Of a DNA stretch of 64,000 nt, positions 39,596-51,555 are shown piece after piece; the first letter of the stretch is position 1; the number at the start of each line of letters is the position of its first letter. Position numbers and translations under genes: made by a program. Below the pieces are notes generated by a model. It made no database searches, was not told where the DNA came from, and worked only from the letters and a program-made list of their open reading frames with translations. This DNA is from Felis catus (Eukaryota): assembly GCF_018350175.1 (NCBI RefSeq), contig NC_058368.1, positions 93,188,001 through 93,252,000 on the forward strand, written 5' to 3'.

Positions 39596-39794
39596 TTGTT
39601 CGAGTTAGAAGAAATTCCAAGGGTTATAAGAAAATTCTTAAGAAGTGTTTCCCTGCTAAAATTTCTGGCATTGATTTCACAGATGTCATGCAAATATCTA
39701 TGGTAGAGAAGAAGATAGTAAAACCAATTTCCATGTATATAGATTAATTGCCATCAAGGTGGTTTCATGGTAATAATAAAAAAAAAAAAAAGTT

Positions 39795-39949
39795 GGGACA
39801 CCTGGGTGGCTCAGTCGTTTGAATGTCTGATTTCAGCTCAGGTCACAATCTCATGGTTCATGAGTTAGAGCCCTGCATCAGGCTCTGTGCTGTTAGTACA
39901 GAGCCTGCTTCAGATCTACTGTCCCCCTTTCCCTCTGCCCCTACCCCAC

Positions 39950-40015
<66 letters not shown>

Positions 40016-40060
40016 TCTCTCTCTCTGCTCTCAAAACTAAATAAGCATTAAAAAATATAA
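39795..40060 (+). mobile_element. Can-SINE with an expanded (CT)n
   Basis: gggacacctgggtggctcag head; long (CT)n at 39954-40026. Confidence 0.92.
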
Positions 40061-40358
40061 GAGAATAAAAAGTCAATAATTCCTTTATGCTTTCAGGTAG
40101 AAAGAAAAGGACAAGAGTTCTAAGGCCATCAGCATATGGAATGCCAGTCTCTGATTGTGTTTCTCATTCAATCAATTTTCTTTTCTTCTCTGTCTCAACA
40201 CTTTGAGACTTCTAAGCAAAGCTACAAAGCCATTCTTGATCCTGTTTATGAGAAGAGGCTTCTCCACACTCTGAGTTCCTGCCTGCCCTCATACCTCTCC
40301 CATGGCTCCACTCATTTTCCCCACTGCATTATAATGATATGAATACAGATGTGACCAA

Positions 40359-40607
40359 GGTGCCTGTGTGGCTCAGTTGGTTAAGCGTCCTGTTACACAT
40401 CCAACTCTTGGTTTTGGCTCAGGTCATGATCTCACCATTCGTGAGTTCGAGCCCCACGTCTGGCTCTGCACTGACAGCGTGAAGCCTGATTGGTATTCTC
40501 TCTCTCCCTCTGTCTCTCTGCCTCTCTGTCTCTCTCTCTCTCCCCTCGTCCCCCACTTATGCAATCTCTGTCTCTCTCAAAATAAATAAACGAACTTAAA
40601 AAAAAAA
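40359..40607 (+). mobile_element. Can-SINE
   Basis: Head, gagttcgagcccc B-box, tail; TSD agatgtgacc / agacataacc. Confidence 0.9.
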
Positions 40608-40614
40608 GACATAA

Positions 40615-40708
40615 CCTTCCTTAGTAGACCATGGGCTTGGGTTTCTTATTTATCCCAAATGCCTTGCAAATAGAAGACACTCATTATGAATGAATGAATG
40701 AATGAATG
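40615..40708 (+). mobile_element. L2 3' end
   Basis: (ATGA)n tail preceded by tatcccaaatgccttgcaaatagaagacactca. Confidence 0.55.
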
Positions 40709-41269
40709 GGAGGGAAGGAGGGAAGGAAGGAAAGAAGGAAACAATCAACGCATAGCTCCGTATGTGGCAGCACATGAGATGGCATCTAGATCCCTAAAGG
40801 AACCAATGATTCCTAAATATAGGAACGGTGTGCACAGTGAGAACCTTACCCAAAAGGATACCCAGCGGACTATGAAGACAGGGCTTGACATGTGACTGTG
40901 AAGAAGAAATGATCAGGCTCATGATGAAGGAATAACAAAAACTTGTCAGTTGAGCCCAGTCTGACTCATTTAAGATTCAAGAATGCATTGGCACACCCAG
41001 CAACTCTTCTCAGGGATAGGAGTTATATTTAACAGTAGTCTGTAGGCACCTTAATCCTCTTCTCCCCTGAGACCTCAGTCACAAATGTCACAGCTAAATA
41101 GTTCTCATTCTCTCCTCCAAACTCACAATCATTTTCCTTTATTCGTTTTTAAAGATGGTGCTTAACCAGAACAGGACAGGATTTGGACTTGATAGAAGCT
41201 GAACACTTCCCACCACTATATCCTTTGATATTCTTTGGTATCAGAATCTGCAGTAGAAAATTCCACCTA

Positions 41270-41456
41270 ATAAATGTCCGAATTCACCTCAGATCATGAT
41301 CTCATAGTTCGTGATTTTGAACCCTGTGTTGGGCTCTGTGCTGATGGCTCAGAGCCTGGAGCCAACTTGGGATTCTGTGTCTCCCTCTTTCTCTGCCACT
41401 CTCTGACTCGTGCTCCATTTCTCTCTCAAAAATAAACAAACATAAGACAAATAATA
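41270..41456 (+). mobile_element. 5'-truncated Can-SINE (feliform type)
   Basis: Begins about 25 nt into the head; bounded by 15-bp TSD copies. Confidence 0.88.
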
Positions 41457-41471
41457 AGAAAAATCCACCTA

Positions 41472-41612
41472 GGGGCACTTGGGTGGCTCAGTAGGTTAGG
41501 CATCCGACTTTGGCTCAGGTCATGATCTCACAGTTGGTGAGTTCGATCCCCGTGTAGGGCTCTGTGCTGACAGCTCAGCTTCAGCTGAGCCTGGAGCCTG
41601 CTTCAGATTCTG

Positions 41613-41660
<48 letters not shown>

Positions 41661-41724
41661 CCTCCCCCACTCATGCTCTCTCAAAAATAAATGAACGTTA
41701 AAAATGTTTTTAATTAAAAAAAAA
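41472..41724 (+). mobile_element. Can-SINE (feliform type)
   Basis: ggggcacttgggtggctcag head, (CT)n, tail; bounded by 15-bp TSD copies. Confidence 0.92.
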
Positions 41725-43889
41725 AGAAAAATCTACCTAAACTAAACATAAAGCAAAAAACCTTAAAACTGTATTTTACTTTTCTAGAAACACCTATTAG
41801 CATAACTATAATGATTGGCAATAGGTTATTGTGCACAAGAAAGCGAGAAAATAAAAACCTTCCATTTTTTTTCTACAGATTTTATGCATACTTCACCCAT
41901 TTTCCCTACTAATGTCCTTTTTTTCATTCCAGGATCCAATTTAGAATACCATATTGTATTTGACTAATTTCTAATACATATGATAAAAGTTTCTAATACA
42001 AACTTTGAAAAATTGAAGTATAGTTGACCTAAGATTTAATTCTTGAAGACAAACAACTTATTACCATGTATGACTAGAGAGAAAGGGAAAACAACTTTCT
42101 TCTTAGAGAATCAGAAACACTAATATGTGACACCTTCTCATCTACATCTGTCTCACAAACATCTTTGCCATGTGCCCAGGAATGAAAAGGAAATGCTATC
42201 GCCAATAAAAGTCAAAGGGCACTTTTTACCTTACACCAAAAGAAACTAAAATTATGAAGGTCTGCTTTGTCCCAATAACACACGATGATGTGCTTAGTTA
42301 CAAACCACTGAATGCTTATTTTGTGGAAGAAAACTACCATTCTAGCCTCTCAACAACACTCCAAATGCAGAACCATCACAGAAAACAGAATGAATACTTT
42401 GTACCCCAACCCCTCTCTTTTCCTCTACATGCATTAGTTTTGGTCACCGAGCTGTCACAACAGTTGGCAAGATGGTATTCAACATAGACATCTCTAGACA
42501 AGGAAACTAAACCTCCAGTGAGGTTCAAAATACCTCTTGAAACTAAATGAGCATCTCATCCATTTGAACAAATGAAAGCTTACATTAGGTTCTTGTAGGA
42601 TCTCAATGTTAAATATGTGTACAATTCAATTAACTCACACCAACACTGTCCCTCTAACATTTTTTTTCACCCCACTCCCTTCTCAAAGAATGGAGACATA
42701 GGCAGATGAGGTCATGATGGAATTTATGTGGGGTTTTAGAGGGAGTGTTTAGTCGGCAGGGCAGAAGGAGAGACCAGACAAGGTCAGAAGCAAGACCTCT
42801 TGGCTTCCTCAGCACAGCAGCTGCTGATAAGGGTTGGCTGGGACCTCCATGAAATCTGAACCAAAAGAAAATCAGGCTGGCACTGAATAGCCTCAACTCA
42901 AGGGTTGTGCCTGGAGCTCAGGGATCACGCCACGGGACTCTGTTTCCTTTTCCATAAACTCAGCCTATTCTGGCTTCCTATCATTAGATTGCTCTTACTC
43001 TATCCATTTAAAGAAAGATTCCAACAGGGATTTTACAGGGAGATTCACGCCTACCACTAGATCCAGGACTACACTAACACATGATATTAGAGGTAAAAAC
43101 AAATACACTGAAGCCCAAGGTCTGGAACATCAAAAACCTGAAAGTCAGGTGCATTTTCTTGGCTTAAATTATTTGGGTAATTGCCTGGATTTGCTAATTC
43201 ACTTACCAGTATAGACTACTCAAAAGTAAATCCAGGAACCTTCTTGAACTCTGAGGTGTCAGGACGTGACCTGCACTCAGTGACTCAGCTGTCACTTTTC
43301 AAAAATCCAAAAAGGGTTTTGTGTGGGGTCAAACCCATTTACACATACGCATTCTCAGTGTCAGGGAGACTGACAGTGGCCATCTGCAGGCGTATAAGGA
43401 GAAGCAACTTGGGTGACTGAACAAGTAGACCCTTCCTGAGTGAAAGCAGAAATGACCACAGGATGACTCAATATTTAAAAAGATCGATGATGCCAAGTGG
43501 ACACAAGCGTAGAGAATGAGAATTTTAATCCTAGGGTTGCTACTGTGGTGAGATCATTAGTAAGCCTTTCAAGCTCTTTGGGTCCTGTTTCTTGAAGTAT
43601 AAAAATAAAGTTGACCTATTCATACTGATTGAACTATGTTTTATGCCTCTCCAGCTCCAAAAAAAAAGAATGGAGTTTGTTAGAAGTTGAACTACAAGAT
43701 TTCTAAATTTACTTTTAACTCTTTCACGATTCTGATCTTTTTAAACAAATCAAATTAACTGAAAAAAAATAGGTCTTCAGACAAGACTTCTATGATGACA
43801 AATGAGACCCTTAGTGACCAAGAACATGCCACCAAAACAAAGGGTCTTAGGAAATCAGTTAAGAGTATGACCTCAAGAAATATAAATCT

Positions 43890-43997
43890 GCTTAGCATTA
43901 TGTTCTCTAGCTCCATCAACATCATCACAAATGGCAAGATTTCATTCTTTTTTATGGCTGAGCAATATTCCATTGTGTATGTATGTATGTGTGTGTA

Positions 43998-44036
<39 letters not shown>

Positions 44037-44703
44037 ACACACACACCACTTCTTCTATACCCATTTATCAGTCAATGGGCACGTGGGCTCTTTCCATAAT
44101 TTGGTTATTGTAAACAAACACAGGGGTGCATGTATCCCTTTGGATTAGTATTTTTGAATCCTTTGGGTAAATACCTAGTAGTGCAATTGCTGGATCATAG
44201 GATAGTTCTATTTTTAACTTTTTGAGAAACCTCCATACTCTTTTCTAGAGGGGTACACCAATTTACATTCCCACCAACAGTCCAAGAGGGTTCCTTTTTT
44301 ATCCACATCCTTGCCAATACCTGTTGTTTCTTGTGTTGTTGGTTGTAACCATTCTGTGAGGTGATATCTCATTACAGTTTTGATTTGTATTTCCCTGATG
44401 AATTCCATATGATTTCATTCCTATGCGGAATTTAAGAAACACAACAAACCAGCAAAAGGAAAAGAGAGACAGAGGTAAACTGTGAAACAGACTCTTAACT
44501 ATAAAGAACAAACTATTGGCTTCCAGAGGGGGAATGGCTGAAATAGAAAACGGGGATTAAGGAGTCCACTTGTCGTGATGAGCACCGGGTGTTGGATGAA
44601 AGTATTGAGTCAGTATATTGTATACCTGAAACATATTACATGTTAACTAACTGGAATTTAAATAAAAACTTAAAAAAATAAAAATAAATAAAAATTAAAA
44701 AAA
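43890..44703 (+). mobile_element. 5'-inverted (twin-primed) carnivore L1: 43890-44400 antisense, 44401-44703 sense with A-tail
   Basis: 13-bp TSD aagaaatataaat at 43875-43887 and 44704-44716; orientation switches at 44400/44401. Confidence 0.9.
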
Positions 44704-44719
44704 AAGAAATATAAATTCT

Positions 44720-45250
44720 CAGTGCAATGGTGTTCAATAAGAGGGGGATTTTTTTTCTTCTCTTTTTCTCAGTAGAAGATTTTCAGGGATAGAGCAACTG
44801 AAAAACGTTATCTAAGACCCAGGTACTTTACATTTTGCCACACTGTCACTTTCAGCAGCTCCTCCTACTAGCTCGTCTCATGCTTGCCAGATGGCTGCAA
44901 CAGTTCCAGCAATCACACTTTCAGGACACTGCCCAGCAGAAGAAACAGAAGCCACATTTTCCCAGTTTTGAGAAATGTCTCAATCTATCAGCAAGAAAAC
45001 AATTCCCAGAGATCCTCAGCAGATTTCCAGTCAAGGGACAGACAGACTTTTGACATATACCTTTGCCTACACTAATTATTTGAAGGTGAAAAAAGTACCA
45101 CTAGAGTTGGCTTAGTTCAATTCCAGATCCATGGCCTGGCCCTGGAAATGTGGCTGGCTTCCCCTAAAATTCGTGATTGTGTGGAAAATAAATGCTTATT
45201 AGAAAAGTAGGGGAATGGCTTTTGCAGAAGGAACCAAAATTGCTACATGG
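44720..45250 (-). mobile_element. Old MaLR LTR (MLT1 family)
   Basis: ctcatgcttgccagatggctgcaacagttccagcaatcaca and ttcccagagatcctcagcagatttcc motifs. Confidence 0.55.
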
Positions 45251-45549
45251 GGAAGGTCTCCGAACCATCACCATAACACATTATTTTGAAGGAATTAGTT
45301 GGATCGATGATCCATTAATATAAAATTGGATACTGCTCCAATTTGCCACTTATCTAAAAAGGGTATGCTTAGCAAATGAAGTAATAATACCAAGGAGGAT
45401 TGTTGCCTTTTTATGGTCTCAGATGGATCTGTAGGAAAAGAAAACAAATAATAACATAAAAGATGTCAGTTTCATCTTTCCTACATAACCTCCTGGTATC
45501 TCATTGGAGCGGAGGATGAGGCGAGCAGAGTGACCCGTCAGGAGACTGA

Positions 45550-46290
45550 CTAAACAATACAGACTAGAGGCAATGAGATCCTGAACCAAGGTAAAAACAA
45601 AAACAGGGAATGATGAGAAGGATTCAGGGTTCAAGACATACACAGCAGGCAAAATTGGCATCTCCTAGTGACAGATTGGATGTAGATGGTAAAGAAGAAA
45701 GGGGAGTTTAAAGAGATGGAGGAGGAGAAAGAGAGGAATGAGACAAAAATAATAAACCCAGGTTGCTGGACAGTTAAATGTGAGGTGCCTATTTGAGTCT
45801 TTGTCTGGAGTTCAGTCATTTGCTTTCTCTAGATGATCTTTCTGTAGGAAGAGAACAGAGCAAGAGAAGAGAAGAATGGGTAAGGGCAGAGCTGAGGAAG
45901 ACCAACATTTAAGGAGGGAACAGAGCAAGGGAAGTGTTCAGAAAGAGATGTAGGAAGCGGGAGAGAAATAGGTCATGCAGTTTAAGTAAATAAATATTTA
46001 AGGAGAAAGCATATATGCTATGTAAACCAAGGCTCTGAAGTCAGCAACTGGTTTTAGCAATGAAAAAAAATAGTTTCTTTAATGGGATCTAGCATTGCAG
46101 ATGTGGAAATAAAATTGCAGTGGCTTCAAGAGGGAAGGGTGTAAATTAAGGGAGCAAGAACCAGGGATACTGGAGTATCAAAAGGAGTAAGAATCACAGG
46201 AGGACATTTTATTTTGAGGATGGAGAAACCCAAGCATATGGACAGGAGCCTTTAGAGAGAAAGAGGTTTAAAAGCACCAGAAGAGGAGGT
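45550..46290 (-). mobile_element. L2 fragment
   Basis: Purine-rich antisense L2 motifs (gacagattggatgtag, ggacagttaaatgtgaggtgcct, accaacatttaagg). Confidence 0.6.
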
Positions 46291-46357
46291 AATGATCACA
46301 ACTAACTGTCAATTTTTTTTAAAGTATCATCTAACAGACTTATTGACTCAACAAATT

Positions 46358-46577
46358 CTTTTTTTTATTGAGACAGAGAGAGAGAGAAAGAGAGAGAGAG
46401 AGCATGAGCAGGGGAGAGGGGCAGAGGGAGGAAGAGAAAGAAAGAGAGAGAGATCTCAAGCCGGTTCCATGCTTGGCAAAGAGCCCAATGTGGAGCTCAA
46501 TCCTGCGACCCTGGGATCATGACCTGAGCCAAAATCAAGAGCCACACACTCAACCAACTGAGCCACCCAGGTGCCCC
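46358..46577 (-). mobile_element. Can-SINE
   Basis: TSD tcaacaa(a)ttctttt on both sides. Confidence 0.92.
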
Positions 46578-46635
46578 TCAACAATTCTTTTTGAGTATCT
46601 ATTATTCTGGCACTAGTGATAAAGCAGAGAGTAAA

Positions 46636-46666
46636 CAGATAACCAGATAACCAGATAACAGATAAC
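46636..46666. repeat. cagataa(c) x4 tandem repeat, i.e. four AGATAA motifs
   Basis: Read directly from the sequence. Confidence 0.9.
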
Positions 46667-46849
46667 TTTTCTAGTAAAACATCACAGCAACTCAGATTAC
46701 TTCAAATAAGCCAATAATATACACCTTTTATTTAAAGCTCTAGAAATTGGAGGTCTTTCTAAAAAAATATGGAAAACCTTAGGCATTTTTGCACTGATAA
46801 AGTTCTCAGAATGAAAATACATTCATGTGCCTTTTTTCCCCTGATTTAA

Positions 46850-47170
46850 AAAATTTATTTATGTACCCTTTCATTTATTCAAGTATCTGACATTAATTTC
46901 AGGTGTACAACTTAGTTATTTGACACGTCTACGTTCCCCACAAGTACAACTACTGCCATGTGTTACCATACATCACTATTACAATAGCATTGGTTATATT
47001 CTCTAGGCCATGGCTTTTATTCCTGTGACTTTTTCATTCCATAACTGGAAGCCTGTACCTTCCAGTTCTCTTCGCCCATTTTGCCCATCCCCGTAACCCC
47101 TTCCTCTCTGGCAACCATCAGTTTGTTCTCTGCATTTAAGGATCTGTTTCACATGGTTGTTTGGATACTT
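46850..47170 (-). mobile_element. Short L1 3'UTR fragment, same type as 22147-22980
   Basis: tttcaggtgtacaacttag, ttcattccataactggaagcctgtac and ctctggcaaccatcagtttgttctct closely match the 22 kb copy. Confidence 0.85.
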
Positions 47171-47502
47171 GTTCACAGCACAGTCCCCTGAGGTAAGAGC
47201 ATCACTAGTGGCCTCTTTCCTAGGAGGGGCATAATTCTGGGTTCTCCTAGACCAAGCAGAGGGTTTTAAGATTAGGAAATCAGAAGAGGACTATATAGAG
47301 AAGCTTCTGTGTATGTGATCCTTTGATGTTTCCTCCATTTGTTTCTGAAAGACAGAGCAGAGTCTTTACAAAGACTCCACAGAACAGGTGCAAAGACACT
47401 GGTAACAACCAAGCACATTGCTCAGGACTTCCACCCCTCAGAGTGGGGTCACACACGACAAACAACTTCAAACCAGGAAGCCTTAGGCAATCTTGCAATA
47501 CT

Positions 47503-47735
47503 TTTTTTTTTAATTTTTTAATGTTTATTCATTTATTTTTGAGAGAGAGAGACACAGAGAGACAGAGTATGAGTGAGGGAGGAGTAGAGAGAGAGGGAGA
47601 CACAGAATCCGAAGCAGGCTCCAGGCTCTGAGCTGTCAGCACAGAGTCTGATGCAGGGCTCGAACTCACGAACTGAGAGATCATGACTGAGAGCTGAAGT
47701 TGAACGTTAACCGACAGGAGCCACCCCGGCGCCCC
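47503..47735 (-). mobile_element. Can-SINE (feliform type)
   Basis: ggctccaggctctgagctgtcagc; TSD caatactt / caacactt. Confidence 0.92.
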
Positions 47736-47949
47736 CACAACACTTGATTCTTCAGGCAAGAGACACTTGCCACTGCCTCTCACTCTTGTCTTCCCCAGAT
47801 GCACCTTAAATTTAGCAATGCAAACACCTCAGAGCTCTTTACTATTCTGATCATCCTTGCCCCCTTCTCCCTGAGAAGTTCACAGATTTGGCTCTTTTTC
47901 TCAAGGATTTCTCCTCTCCCCTGAGACCTCAAGCCCCAAATTTGCCAAC

Positions 47950-48312
47950 TCTCTAAAACCACTGCTTATGCTGAGAACACCCTGCCCCAGGAAAATCACA
48001 AGGTGCACTCCCTTACTTCATTCAGTTCTGCCCTCTCATGTCTTCTTATTGGAAAGGAATTATCCGATCTTCCTGTGAAAAACAGCATGCCTTCAGTCTC
48101 CTTCAGCTGCCAGATTACTTTCTTCATAGTACCTTTTACTACATGTCACATTTGTTTGTGTTGGGTCTCCCTACCCGCATTCTAGCACCAGAGTATAAAT
48201 TCCATTAAAGCAGCATTTTGTTGTTGTTGTTGTTGTTCATTTGCTATATCCCTAGGGTCTACAATGGAGCCTCGTACATGGCAGCTGCTCAATAATTATT
48301 TACTGGATGATC
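47950..48312 (+). mobile_element. L2 3' fragment
   Basis: ttgttcatttgctatatccctagggtctacaatggagcctcgtacatggcagctgctcaataattatttactggatga. Confidence 0.65.
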
Positions 48313-48639
48313 CTGCCACACCCCAATACATCATTAACACTACCTCTTGTCTTATTCCACCTCTTCTTCAGCATCATTTCCTCAAGGATGCCTTGTTGAC
48401 CTTTTCACTTTTACCTCTCTCTGAGTTCAGTTTATTACCTCTCCATCCAAAGCAACTGGTCACTAAGAAAAGACACGGATCACAACTTTGAAAACATAGT
48501 GTCACTCACAAAGGAGATGATCTGTACCAAGGCATCATGTCAAGACTAAATAAACTGTAGAGATTTTAATACTGGCTCATTTCAGATCCAAATAGTAGGA
48601 GATATGATCCCCAGAACAACTAATTTAAAAGTAAGTCAG

Positions 48640-48880
48640 AGAAACGCTTCCAAGATGGAAATCCACTCTAAACATCGGCTCCTCCATAAAAGCAGTCATA
48701 CTGGCAAAAATGATGTACGTCGACTTCTTTCAAATCCTGGACAAAGACCTGCAAAAAGTCCACGTAGCATTTATTGAAGAAAATTAGCTGAATCTCAGTA
48801 AGAACAGGAAGCTTGGTGGCTGGCTCTACCTCTAGCTCTGCGGTAGCTTCAAAAATCATGAGCTTCACAGCCCTAACAGG
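48640..48880 (+). mobile_element. Ancient L1M 5'UTR fragment homologous to 27170-27450
   Basis: cttccaagatgg, ctccataaaagc, gctgaatctcagtaagaacag. Confidence 0.55.
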
Positions 48881-48884
48881 TATG

Positions 48885-49195
48885 AGAACCTTCCACCTAG
48901 CAGATGCTCCCTGAACCTGCATACAAGAACAGAAAATGGTCCAGCATTCACTAGCCCAGCAACTCACCTAGTTTGTATGTTCTGACCATGTTCTACCCAG
49001 AACTTGCTTACCAATGTCTGCCCTAAAACCACCTTATAACATTACCAAGTCCTCCTTCCTCTGCACCCCACTCCGTTTCTGTAAGAGCATTTCTCTAACT
49101 TCCCCTTTGGGAGACATCGCTGAGACTGTGTCAAGGTGCTACTCCAATGAACCCAACTTTGCATGATCCAGGGGTCCCCCAGTGGTCTCTGGCAG
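48885..49195 (+). mobile_element. Possible ERVL LTR fragment (MER54/MER88-like)
   Basis: ttcccctttgggagac...gagactgtgtcaaggtg...actttgcatgatc; recalled resemblance only. Confidence 0.35.
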
Positions 49196-49969
49196 GGCTG
49201 TGGGCTTTACTCTACTGTGTACTTTTTTCTGCCCTCTCACTTTTTTGTTCTTCTTTATCACCAACTGGAACACAAATCCTGGAATACAGTAGACCCCGAG
49301 TAAATGCTTACTGAATGTCTGAGTTTACTCAAGAAAGAAAGTGGGGAGACTTAAAACGTAGCATCCAGAGTTTAGCATGTAATTGGTTTCAATGAGACAT
49401 TAAATACCTTAGTCCACCTGTTTTGCCTTCTCAGTGAAAAAATAGAAGCAAAGGCAAACAAAACAAGACAAACAAAAACAAAACAACAACACAGGAACAG
49501 AACAAAATGCCAAGCATGTTCACTTTAAAGAATACAGAGCGGCATGGGAGGCATGGGAACAGCAAAGAACCTCAGCCATGCCGCATGGTAATGGGCAGAG
49601 GTCACGTCAGATGCGTGCACAGACATGGTGTGATAGAATCTTATTCATTCACAAGACACTTCACGTATCTTACATGCGCTAAGTGGAAATGGCGTATCTG
49701 ACATACTTATCTTTTGAGGAAAATATTATGGACATTACCAAATTAATAGAGAAGAGAGCGACACCACATCTTCTATCTCGATACTCGTTAAAATTCAGAT
49801 TTCATGATCTTTCCTCTTCACTCTGTTTACGGAGACATGAGTAGAGAATGGTACGTCTCCATGCACGACCAACAGCAATGTGGTGATGAATAGAAGCTGA
49901 CGCTGGGCGTTGGTGTTGGGAGTTGGCAGGGGCATTATGGGAAACCGATCTGGTGCTGCCATCACTTAC

Positions 49970-50038
49970 CATTTCCTAAGAGAATTTAAACAACAGGTAC
50001 TCTTATTATGTGGGCTTTCTCAAGGTTTACATGTTGTG
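49970..50038 (-). other. Candidate spliced exon (69 nt, stops in all frames, ends in ATG)
   Basis: About 70-nt polypyrimidine tract plus ttcag acceptor; consensus ATG|gtaagt donor; located in non-repeat DNA. Confidence 0.35.
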
Positions 50039-51184
50039 CTGAATTTGATGGAGGGAAAGGAAAAGGAAATTAAGAAAAACAGGGAGAAAACAAAGGGAAG
50101 AAAGAAAAATGTGGAAGGCAAAATATGTCTGGGGAATCACCACTTTCCACCACGTTCCAGTCTACCAACTGCTCTCACAGATGTGGACATTTACACCAGA
50201 AGAAACAGGACGTGTCAGTAACAGGAAGCAGAACTCAGATTTCCTCCTTCCAAAGCCTCTCATTCTTGTCCATCTGCCTGGTCTTGCTTGTCACATGACC
50301 ACACTCTCAAGAACATAAACATTTCCTTGCAGCTCACATAATCGGTCTCCTGGAAATGCAGTGTGTGGGCCGAGTAATGCCACTTTGTGATCCTTGGGGA
50401 AGGAAGAGCAAAGGTGAGCATACATTTCTCTCCACCTGAAAGTACTTGCTGAAACTTCAGCTGCTAAGGGGGTCTACTTCCGGAATCTTTTACAATGTGA
50501 CCCAAGAGGCACTGGAAGTAAACGGTTTTTATTATCCCATCTCACCATCAAGCTCTGCCTGGCACAGTTATTTCCTGGTGTGCCTCTCACAGCATTTCAG
50601 AAGTTTCCATCTCATAGGCTCACTAAGGGTGTACATGAAAATACTCATCATGCTGATAAAAATGAGGTGTGGGTAATAGAAAACTTCAGACCTGGTAGAC
50701 AGGAATAAGAGCTGAGACAAACAAAAACACAGAACCCAATGCAATGGGTTTCCTCTCCTTTTTTTTTTTTCTTTCCTTCCCAGCAAAAGCTTAACCATAA
50801 AGCTACTTTTGAATATCTGTTTCCTGAGGTGTGTGTAAATAGAGATTTCAGCAGGCAGTTTAATTTGTGAAGGTCCAAAATTTCACAATTTTGTAAGTTC
50901 GTAAGTCTTTCTGATGCTTATGATCTACTAACTGCTTAGCCTTTTCTGTAGCTGTGGCCTTTTTTGATCCCAGAGTAAGTTAAAAAAAAAAAAAACTCTT
51001 AGGTACGGTTTTGATTATATGTCTGACAGGAAAACAGGCTAATTAGCACATGGAAGGTACCAAGCCAGAGCCAAAATGTTCTCAGCAGGGCTTGTATAAA
51101 TTAAGAGATAAACCCCTTTCCCTAGTACATGTTTTATTTCTCTCTCAGTGGATCAGACAACCGCCCCTGGATCCTGACTTACTG

Positions 51185-51555
51185 CTAAATATTTCTCAAT
51201 ATTAGTAAGAGTCATCTGGGGGGAGGTTAAAAATACAAATCCTGGGGGTGCCTGGGTAGCTCCATTAGTTAAGCGTCCAACTTCAGCTCAGGTCATGATC
51301 TCGAGATTTGTGAGTTTGAGCCCCGCATTGGTCTCTGTGCTGACAGCTCAGAGTCTGGAGCCTGCTTCAGATTCTGTGTCTCCCTCTCTCTCTGCCCTTC
51401 CCCTGCTTGTGCTCGCTGTATGTCTGTCTGTCTGTCTCTTTCTCAAAAATAAACAAACATAAGAAAAAAAAGAATACAAATCCTGGTTCTTGCTCTAGAC
51501 CCCATAAATCAGCATTACCCCTGGGTGATTCTGGTGTACATAAAGACCAGGAACA
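51185..51555. mobile_element. hAT-Charlie MITE (MER5A-like) split by a SINE
   Basis: gtcatctggggggaggttaaaaatacaaatcctgg...aaatcagcat...ggtgattctggtgtaca. Confidence 0.6.
51245..51472 (+). mobile_element. Can-SINE (feliform type)
   Basis: 14-bp TSD aatacaaatcctgg at 51232-51245 and 51473-51486. Confidence 0.93.
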
